A stretch of DNA of 64,000 nt from Desulfobacteraceae bacterium Eth-SRB1 (lineage in GTDB: Bacteria > Desulfobacterota > Desulfobacteria > Desulfobacterales > ETH-SRB1): contig RPGP01000001.1 in assembly GCA_004193555.1 (NCBI GenBank), positions 274,156-338,155 on the forward strand. The letters run 5' to 3'. A model generated the notes under the pieces. The model made no database searches and was not told where the DNA came from. It worked only from the letters and a program-made list of their open reading frames with translations. Below are positions 56,902 through 64,000 of this stretch, piece after piece; the stretch's first letter is position 1, and each line of letters starts with the position of its first letter. Made by a program: the position numbers and the translations under genes.

Positions 56902-58311
56902 ATGAATAGGCATCTGTTTTTTCTACTAATTGGAATAGCCCTCTTTCTGAGCGGCTGCTCTCTGGCCCCGAAATATACACGGCCTGAATCTCCAATTCCT
57001 GAAAGCTGGCCGACCGGCGCGGCATACAAAGATACCCAGGCCGCGACTGGTGCCTCAACAGACTTGGAGTCGAAATGGCGGGAATTCTTCATTGATAAGC
57101 GGCTTCAAGAGATTATTGAGACGGCCTTGAGCAACAACCGTGATCTGCGGCTTGCCGCCTTGAATGTGGAAAGGGCACGCGCGCTGTACGGCATTCAACG
57201 GGCTGAACTGTTCCCTGCGGTCAATGCAACAGGAGCAGGAGGTAAACAGCGCCTTTCCTCCGATCTTATCAGCCCCGGGGATCCCAGGACAATGGAACAA
57301 TACAGCATGAATCTGGGTATTGCTTCCTGGGAGATCGATTTTTTTGGTCGCATTCGCAGTCTGAAAGATCAGGCGCTGGAAAAGTACCTGGCCACTGAGC
57401 AGGCCCGCCGCAGCGCGCAGATTGCGCTGGTGTCCGAGGTTGCCAGGGTGTACCTGACCCTTGCTGCGGATCGGGAAAATCTTAAGCTGGCCCAGTCCAC
57501 CCTTGAAACCCAGCAGGCCGCATACAGTTTAGTTCAAAAACGTTATGACGTTGGACTCGCGACCGGACTGGATCTGCGTCGAGCGCAAACCCCGCTGGAT
57601 GCGGCCCGAGTAGATATCGGCCGCTACAGGCAAATGGTGGCGCAGGATCAGAATGCTCTCAACCTTCTATCCGGTTCTCCGACGCCGGAGGAGTTTTTAC
57701 CGGTTGACCTGAGCAGTGTAACCCCGCCCAAGGAAATTTCTCCGGGTCTGTCCTCCGAGGCACTTTTGCGACGGCCGGACATTGTGGCGGCGGAACATCG
57801 GCTCAAGGGAGCCTACGCCTTTATCGGCGCGGCCAGGGCCGCCTTCTTTCCCCGCATTTCGTTGACCACCTCGATCGGAACCGCAAGCGATGATCTGTCC
57901 GGTCTCTTCAAATCCGGCTCAGGCACCTGGAACTTTGCACCTCAGATCGCTATACCGATTTTTGATGCCCGCACCTGGGCCGCGCTGCGGGTCAGCAAAG
58001 CCGATCGGAAAATTGTCCTGACCCAGTATGAGAAGGCAATCCAGACGGCTTTCAGGGATATAGCCGATGCCCTTGCCGTTCAGGGCACGATGGACCAGCG
58101 GGTCTCTGCGCAACAATCTCTGGTCAATGCAGTTGCAGAAACATATCGCCTTTCAAATAAACGCTATACAAAGGGGATTGACAGCTACCTAAGCGTCCTT
58201 GATGCGCAGCGATCCCTCTATGCGCAGCAGCAGGTGCTTATCGCGCTCCGCTTGGCCAAACTCTCTAACCAAGTGAGGCTTTACGCGGTATTGGGCGGAG
58301 GTGCTGAGTAA
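56902..58311 (+). CDS. outer-membrane factor lipoprotein (NodT/OprM family)
   Basis: Lipobox LFLSGCSLAP, with PDIVAAEHRL and FFPRISLT motifs. The start is moved to ATG 56902, 2 nt after the permease stop. Confidence 0.9.
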   Translation: MNRHLFFLLIGIALFLSGCSLAPKYTRPESPIPESWPTGAAYKDTQAATGASTDLESKWREFFIDKRLQEIIETALSNNRDLRLAALNVERARALYGIQRAELFPAVNATGAGGKQRLSSDLISPGDPRTMEQYSMNLGIASWEIDFFGRIRSLKDQALEKYLATEQARRSAQIALVSEVARVYLTLAADRENLKLAQSTLETQQAAYSLVQKRYDVGLATGLDLRRAQTPLDAARVDIGRYRQMVAQDQNALNLLSGSPTPEEFLPVDLSSVTPPKEISPGLSSEALLRRPDIVAAEHRLKGAYAFIGAARAAFFPRISLTTSIGTASDDLSGLFKSGSGTWNFAPQIAIPIFDARTWAALRVSKADRKIVLTQYEKAIQTAFRDIADALAVQGTMDQRVSAQQSLVNAVAETYRLSNKRYTKGIDSYLSVLDAQRSLYAQQQVLIALRLAKLSNQVRLYAVLGGGAE

Positions 58312-58406
58312 CACTAACGGAAGATATTGTCATACTCAACTTAAAAGAAAATATTCTCCTTCAAGCGACTAATTTGACAGCAAAATATTATATGATATGA
58401 TATCTT

Positions 58407-59453
58407 ATGCGAATAAAATCAATATCTGTCTTTCTCTTTAGTCTGTTAGGATTACTCCCTTTGACGGCCATGGCTCAAGACGAAACAGCCAAAGATTTCA
58501 ACACGTTTACCTTATACGTTGAAAATGACATGCTCCATCATACTGACTCCCTGTACACTAGCGGGTTGAAGTTAAGCTGGATTTCACCGGACCTGACGGA
58601 CTACCGAGAAAATTCCCGGTTACCCGAATGGAGCTACCCCTTAATCAAACGGCTGCCATTGGTTAACAAGCCAGGACTTCAGTACTCTGTGTCAATGTCC
58701 CTCGGCCAAAATATTTACACGCCCGAAGATACCGAAAGCAGTGACCTGGTCAAGGATGATCGTCCCTATGCGGGAATACTCTACTATGCAATTGGGTTTC
58801 ACAGCAAGAGTAGTCGCCGAATGGATAGCCTGGAATTTCTTCTGGGGATAGTGGGGCCGCATTCCTATGCCGAGGAAACTCAAGAAAAAGTGCATGAACT
58901 GAGCAATAATGATATTTTGAATGGTTGGGACAACCAACTTGAGGATGAGCCGGTTTTGGGAGTCTTCTATAACCGCAAATGGAAATTACGACAGTCAAAA
59001 ATTGACAGTGGTTTCGGGTATGATTTGATTCCCCACATGGGAGCCGGTTTAGGAAATGCTTTAATCTATGCTCATGCCGGAGCGGGGCTTCGGTTTGGGT
59101 GGAACCTGCCAAACGATTTCGGCACTTTCACTATCCGGCCTGGTTCCGATACAAACGCTGCGATTGATGAAACGGATGCGCGTTTCTTTCGCGGTGGCCC
59201 CCACTTTGGAATCCATGTTTTTACCACAGTGGGTGGGTCGTGGATCCTGCGAAACATCTTCTTCGATGGCAACACCTTCCGGGATAGTCACAGCGTAGAT
59301 AAGGAGCCTTTCGTAGGCAACTATATGGTAGGCGTAGGACTCGTACTCAGTCGCTTCAAAATGAGCTTTGCACACGTTCATAAGACAAAGGAGTTCAAAA
59401 CCCAAAAAAATGAACATTCTTTTACGGCAATAACCCTCTCTTTTTCCTATTGA
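58407..59453 (+). CDS. LpxR-family (DUF2219) lipid A 3-O-deacylase-like outer-membrane protein
   Basis: Signal peptide followed by FTLYVENDMLHHTDSLYTSGLKLSW. C-terminus ends in an aromatic residue (SFSY). Confidence 0.6.
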   Translation: MRIKSISVFLFSLLGLLPLTAMAQDETAKDFNTFTLYVENDMLHHTDSLYTSGLKLSWISPDLTDYRENSRLPEWSYPLIKRLPLVNKPGLQYSVSMSLGQNIYTPEDTESSDLVKDDRPYAGILYYAIGFHSKSSRRMDSLEFLLGIVGPHSYAEETQEKVHELSNNDILNGWDNQLEDEPVLGVFYNRKWKLRQSKIDSGFGYDLIPHMGAGLGNALIYAHAGAGLRFGWNLPNDFGTFTIRPGSDTNAAIDETDARFFRGGPHFGIHVFTTVGGSWILRNIFFDGNTFRDSHSVDKEPFVGNYMVGVGLVLSRFKMSFAHVHKTKEFKTQKNEHSFTAITLSFSY

Positions 59454-59831
59454 ATTAGAGGGATAGTCGCCGCCGTAGCTCTCTGTTACAAACGCTATGC
59501 CCCTTTATTTTCAAAGTTCCGATACATGCGCCAGGCATAAGGATGGTTGATCTCTTGATAGGTCTAAGTTATCATACAAAAAACGGAATATTTATCCAAA
59601 TCGGTGGAGTGGAAGATATATTTGACTCTTGTGAATCGGGCACGGACTTTACTTTTTTCCTGAATGCGGGTATGAATTTCTGAAGCTCAGTTCAGGTACT
59701 CATGTCCGCACCAAAAGTGCGATAAACTTGATGAAGAAAGCACAAACAAATATGTCCTGCCAAAGAAGACCCGCTCCGAACGCATCTCGGTGACTACAGC
59801 GGTTTGAAAGATTGCCTGAGGAGTTGTAACC

Positions 59832-60974
59832 ATGAATAGACATAACAACGCACAATCGTGGTGGCGGATCGAATCTGCTCCCGGGTTTACCAGGGTGATA
59901 CCCATGGGGGCTTGGCGCATAGCCAATCTGAAACGGATCGAAGAAGAAATCAACCGAACCCCTCCGAGTGTCCCTGCCGGAGACATTATCATTCTCGATG
60001 GACAAGGGTTAACGGAGTTATACGCTTCCGGCGCCCTGCTCATGTATAGACTCGCGGCCACCGCCGGCGCTGACTCCAGCGATATTGAGTTGGCAAATTT
60101 TAAAAAGAAACATGAAAATATCACTCTTCTTGTCAGAAAACACCTTGTCATCGCCAGAGACTTACGCCTCGCATCGCGGTTAAACCCTGTACAGGTCATC
60201 GGCAGGGCAGCTATCGAAGTCGTCCGCAGGGCAGTCAACTTCATAAGCTTTCTCGGCGAGACAAGTTATGAAACAGGACGCGCTTTGCGCGCGCCATTCC
60301 ATATCCGCTGGAAAGAGCTGGTTGTACAGATGGAAAGAGCGTGTCTGGATGCTATCCCTGTAGTGGCTCTTGTTAATTTTCTCATTGGTGTTGTGATTGC
60401 CTACCTTTTTGCCACCCAATTAGAGAAATATGGAGGGAACATTTTTGTCGTTGATGGCGTTGGGACCGCCGTGTGCCGGGAATTAGCTCCTCTGATTGTC
60501 GCCATTGTCGTGGCTGGACGTTCGGGATCTGCTTTTACCGCCCAGATTGGGACAATGAAGCTCAACGAAGAGATTGACGCGATGTTAACCCTGGGACTTT
60601 CCCCCATGCAGGTTCTGGTTCTTCCCCGCTTGCTGGCACTCATGATCGCCCTGCCGCTTCTGGTCTTTATCGGAGATGCAGCCGGCATCTTCGGGGGCAT
60701 GCTCATCGCACACAGCCAGCTTAGCATAACGATGACCACATTCATTGAAAGGCTGCAGGTGGTCATTTACCCAAAAACTTTCATGGTGGGCATAATCAAA
60801 GCGCCGGTTTTTGCTGCCTTTATAGCGATAATCGGCTGTCGCATGGGGTTGTGCGTCCAAAATAACGCAAGAAGCATCGGTCTCAATACGACCTCAACAG
60901 TGGTGCAAAGCATTGTTTCCGTCATTCTTCTCAATGCCGTCTTCGCAGTCATTTTTGTTCAACTCGGTATTTGA
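59832..60974 (+). CDS. MlaE-like ABC permease with an N-terminal STAS-like extension
   Basis: 380 aa. The C-terminal 250 aa carry VVAGRSGSAFTAQIGTMKLNEEIDAM, typical of MlaE/Ttg2B. Confidence 0.8.
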   Translation: MNRHNNAQSWWRIESAPGFTRVIPMGAWRIANLKRIEEEINRTPPSVPAGDIIILDGQGLTELYASGALLMYRLAATAGADSSDIELANFKKKHENITLLVRKHLVIARDLRLASRLNPVQVIGRAAIEVVRRAVNFISFLGETSYETGRALRAPFHIRWKELVVQMERACLDAIPVVALVNFLIGVVIAYLFATQLEKYGGNIFVVDGVGTAVCRELAPLIVAIVVAGRSGSAFTAQIGTMKLNEEIDAMLTLGLSPMQVLVLPRLLALMIALPLLVFIGDAAGIFGGMLIAHSQLSITMTTFIERLQVVIYPKTFMVGIIKAPVFAAFIAIIGCRMGLCVQNNARSIGLNTTSTVVQSIVSVILLNAVFAVIFVQLGI

Positions 60975-61039
60975 CGAACGTCAAAAAAACTTGTTACTTT
61001 CGCGGCAACATGATAAAATTTAAACGAAAATTTTAAGTC

Positions 61040-61789
61040 ATGAAATCTCAATCACCGGTCATTATTGTTAAAGACGTCCAGACCCGCTTCGGCACGGCTT
61101 ACGTTCACCAGTGCGTCAGTTTCTCAATTGGCCCGGGAATGATCGTCGCCCTGATCGGTGAAAGCGGGAGCGGCAAATCGGTTTTACTTAAAGAGATGAT
61201 CGGACTGTTACGGCCAACTGCTGGAAATATTTATCTTTTTGGCAAAAATGTCTGGCAATGTCCTGAGTATACATTGAAAAAGCTGCGCAGCCGCATTGGA
61301 GTCCTCTTTCAAAACGGGGCGCTCTTTTCCGCGCTTTCCGTGGGGGAAAACGTGGCAGTCCCTCTGAGGGAACAGACGGATTTATCGGACAGCCTTGTCA
61401 GAGCAATTGTACATCTTTGTCTGGCCTTTACCGGGTTGCCGCCGGAGACCTGCTTGAAGATGCCTAGCGAACTTTCGGGAGGTATGCGCAAACGGGTAGC
61501 GCTGGCACGGGCTTTGGCCCTGGAACCGGAAGTTCTGTTTCTGGACGAGCCGACTTCAGGCCTTGACCCGATCAATGCGAGAGCCTTTGATCTACTCGTC
61601 AGGACCCTGTGTGATAGTCTTGACTTAACGATTTTTTTGGCAACTCACGATCTGGACACCATCGCAGGGATCGCGGACCGGATCATCGTACTCAGCAGAG
61701 GAACTATTATAGCCGATGGCACCCTGGAAGACACTGCCCGGGTAGATGATCCGTGGCTCCAAGCATATTTTTCATCGAGAGTAACGTAA
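61040..61789 (+). CDS. MlaF-like ABC transporter ATPase
   Basis: Walker A GESGSGKS, signature LSGGMRKRVALARAL, and Walker B VLFLDEPTSGLD. Confidence 0.9.
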   Translation: MKSQSPVIIVKDVQTRFGTAYVHQCVSFSIGPGMIVALIGESGSGKSVLLKEMIGLLRPTAGNIYLFGKNVWQCPEYTLKKLRSRIGVLFQNGALFSALSVGENVAVPLREQTDLSDSLVRAIVHLCLAFTGLPPETCLKMPSELSGGMRKRVALARALALEPEVLFLDEPTSGLDPINARAFDLLVRTLCDSLDLTIFLATHDLDTIAGIADRIIVLSRGTIIADGTLEDTARVDDPWLQAYFSSRVT

Positions 61790-61827
61790 TTTCAAAATAA
61801 CCGGTTTAGCCAATTTAGAAGGGCACT

Positions 61828-62799
61828 ATGGAATCGCACGCAAAATATACGCTCGTCGGCTGCACTCTGATTGTCCTCACGATGCTCATTGTGGCATCGA
61901 TTTTCTGGCTATCCGAGGCAGGCATGCGGGGCAAGACCAGATTTTACACCGTATATTTCGAAAAACATTCACTATCCGGACTGCAGGTTGATAGCGAGGT
62001 CACCATGAGGGGCATTAAGGTGGGGACCGTTTCTCAGTTACACATCTCACATGAAAATATCGAGCGAGTTAAGGTAATCGTGAAACTGGATGCCGAAACC
62101 CCGATAAAGAGGGACACAAAAGCAGTCATAAGGCGTAACCTGCTCACCGGACTTGCCGACATCGATCTCGTCCGCAGCAGCCAGGAGAGCCCCCCGCTTA
62201 CCGAGATAAAAGAAGGTGAGGAATACCCGGTAATCCCCGAAGGCAAGACAAAACTGGAAGCCATCCGGCAAACATTGCCTAAACTCCTGGAAAACATTAG
62301 CGAGGTAGTTCACCGAGCCGGCACCGTCTTCACGCCTGAGAATCAGATGGCATTGAAAAAAGCGTTGCATAACGTGACGGTAATCACCGAAAGATTAGCC
62401 AAAAGTGAAGGTAAACTGCCGGAAATGATCGATGAGATATCCGATCTCGCGACGGAAATGCGGGTGGCGGTCAAGAGGCTTGATGAGAGATCTGCGGCAG
62501 CCGGCCTGTCCTTGACCAAGACGGCAGCGGTTATTACTCGCCAAGCTGAGGAGGTGCCTCGCATGGTCGAAGGGCTTCGCACACTTGCCAAAAACCTTGA
62601 TGCAAAGACGGCAGAAGTAAGCCACTCGCTGACCAATTCGGCAGCGAGAATTTCGAGGGTAGCAGAGAGCCTGGCCGAAGAACTGACTGAGACGGCCCGC
62701 AAGCTCTCGGCTACCCTCGAAGCATACGAAGACCCCAAGGCCTCATTATGGGGCCCGAATTTGGACTCACTCGGTCCGGGAGAAAGAGAAACAAGATGA
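61828..62799 (+). CDS. MlaD/MCE-domain protein with a long helical C-terminus
   Basis: N-terminal TM helix and an MCE core (GLQVDSEVTMRGIKVGTV). Confidence 0.8.
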   Translation: MESHAKYTLVGCTLIVLTMLIVASIFWLSEAGMRGKTRFYTVYFEKHSLSGLQVDSEVTMRGIKVGTVSQLHISHENIERVKVIVKLDAETPIKRDTKAVIRRNLLTGLADIDLVRSSQESPPLTEIKEGEEYPVIPEGKTKLEAIRQTLPKLLENISEVVHRAGTVFTPENQMALKKALHNVTVITERLAKSEGKLPEMIDEISDLATEMRVAVKRLDERSAAAGLSLTKTAAVITRQAEEVPRMVEGLRTLAKNLDAKTAEVSHSLTNSAARISRVAESLAEELTETARKLSATLEAYEDPKASLWGPNLDSLGPGERETR

Positions 62800-63440
62800 A
62801 CGCTTTTCGTGTTATACTCTTATGTACGTTTTTTATTTTGTCTTCCACTGCATGCAATCTTAAGGTCGGCGGAGTCCCGCCGGCACCGAAAAAATACTAC
62901 GTGCTAAATGATGCCCCACATATTGGCATCCGGTCCTTTGCACGCCGGCCATTCAGCATCATGGTCCGGCAAGCAACTGCTCCTCCGATGATTGACAGTT
63001 GCAAGATAATCTTCAGTGACAATCCCTCAACCCGCGGATTTTACCGGTTTGCCTCCTGGGTGGAACCCCCGCCTAAGCGGTTTACATTTCTGCTGGCCCG
63101 TAGAATGGAGGAGGCGGATCTGTTCGCCAGCGTCTTGCGTCGACCAATGGCAGTCCCCATCGATCTGCAATTGTGTTTGGAACTATGCGATTTTTATCAC
63201 GATATTTCTAACAAACCGGGGGCGGTCAAGATCAGTGTCAGGATGACATTGATCGATTCAAGAAGACAGGTAATGGTGGCCAATAAATGTTTTTCCATGT
63301 CGGGCGAAGTTGATAGTTTTGATGCAGCAGGCGCGGTCAGGGGTTTCGACCAGACTGTAAGTAAAATACTCGACCAGGTTGTCGTTTGGCTTGACGAGAT
63401 TACAGGAAGTTTGCCCGCCGCTATTACTGATACCTTTTGA
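62796..63440 (+). CDS. ABC-type transport auxiliary lipoprotein (DUF330-like)
   Basis: Start moved to ATG 62796 (ATGA overlap with the MCE gene). Lipobox LSSTAC. Confidence 0.65.
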   Translation: MNAFRVILLCTFFILSSTACNLKVGGVPPAPKKYYVLNDAPHIGIRSFARRPFSIMVRQATAPPMIDSCKIIFSDNPSTRGFYRFASWVEPPPKRFTFLLARRMEEADLFASVLRRPMAVPIDLQLCLELCDFYHDISNKPGAVKISVRMTLIDSRRQVMVANKCFSMSGEVDSFDAAGAVRGFDQTVSKILDQVVVWLDEITGSLPAAITDTF

Positions 63441-63701
63441 ACTTATAAAATCCCAAATTTCAAGCATCAAATTACAAATAAATCCCAAATTTCAATATTC
63501 AAATGACCAATACATCTAACGAAAAGCCCGGGTAGCTTTAGCGAATTGAAATGTTTTTTCTTCAAGATCATATACGGGTTTGGGATTTTGAATTTTGGTC
63601 ATTGTCATTTATTTGATATTTGATATTTGTTATTTGTTATTTGTTATTTCAGGAAAGGAAATCCCTATACTATCAAGTTACAGGCGCTAAACCTGTGCAA
63701 C

Positions 63702-63992
63702 TCATATTACTTTCTCAAGAGGCCATCCAAAGACCTTGAACTCCTTTCCCCCCATACGTTTATGAAGTGATTGCAGGCCCTTAAAGACAGCCGGTTCTAT
63801 TGCTCTATCTACAGCCATCATTAGCGCGCAGTTAAAACCAGGCCATACAGCATCATCCATCTTTGGGTCTGATCGCTCACCCTTCCCCAGTACTCGATCC
63901 CACTTTGTATATCCTGTCACGCCACATGCGGAAAGAGTCTCTGTAACATCCTCGTCAAAACCAACGTCATAGACTATTAGAAACATTTTCAT
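63702..63992 (-). CDS. small hypothetical protein, possibly PII-like fold
   Basis: 96-aa ORF starting MKMFLIVYDVGFDEDVTE. Family tentative. Confidence 0.4.
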   Translation of the reverse strand: MKMFLIVYDVGFDEDVTETLSACGVTGYTKWDRVLGKGERSDPKMDDAVWPGFNCALMMAVDRAIEPAVFKGLQSLHKRMGGKEFKVFGWPLEKVI

Positions 63993-64000
63993 ATTGATAT

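Noticed and set aside
59687-60244. 185-aa reverse-strand ORF overlapping the start of the MlaE-like gene
   Set aside because: The forward frame carries the conserved permease and its N-terminal extension. The reverse translation has no recognisable features.
63441-63660. CRISPR-like array in the repetitive tract after the lipoprotein gene (also 17335-17400 and 45617-45716)
   Set aside because: The repeats are 7-12-nt stuttered words with no 25-40-nt unique spacers, and no cas genes are present.

Overview
The gene content suggests a chromosomal segment from an AT-rich, Desulfobacterales-like deltaproteobacterium; the taxon is not verified. A syntenic housekeeping block at 15.1-27.0 kb carries rng, purB, yajC-secD-secF, dprA, topA and an MBL hydrolase. 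It is flanked by two accessory, defence-rich regions. Region 1 (about 2.2-14.8 kb) starts inside a truncated 4Fe-4S gene. It holds a Schlafen/AlbA_2-type ATPase gene broken by one TGA, relics of older R-M genes, and an intact Type III R-M (mod 7318-8967, res 4600-7290). It also holds two copies of a 0.32-kb non-coding element (8981-9304 and 14433-14781). These bracket an AT-rich three-gene cassette of unknown function plus a sigma-54 activator and a UspA gene. Region 2 (about 27.0-43.5 kb) has no integrase or tRNA. It contains a HEPN/nucleotidyltransferase pair between 105-bp direct repeats, and the most interesting locus, a three-gene sensor kinase / receiver-only / receiver-PNP nucleosidase operon (28750-33982). 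That operon matches the Detocs defensive two-component architecture. Region 2 also has an orphan 349-aa gene, an atypical four-gene Type III-like operon (mod, DUF488 fusion, amber-interrupted unknown, res; 36150-42986) and a truncated rhuM. The res gene of that operon carries two in-frame copies of a 30-bp palindrome. The rest of the window (43.5-64 kb) carries permeases, a Ni/Co transporter pair, an AAA+ ATPase, an IS21 fragment and toxin-antitoxin relics. It ends with a visibly GC-richer TetR-RND efflux operon and an LpxR plus Mla-like outer-membrane lipid cluster. No rRNA, tRNA or CRISPR array was seen. All family assignments come from reading motifs by eye, and no searches were run.
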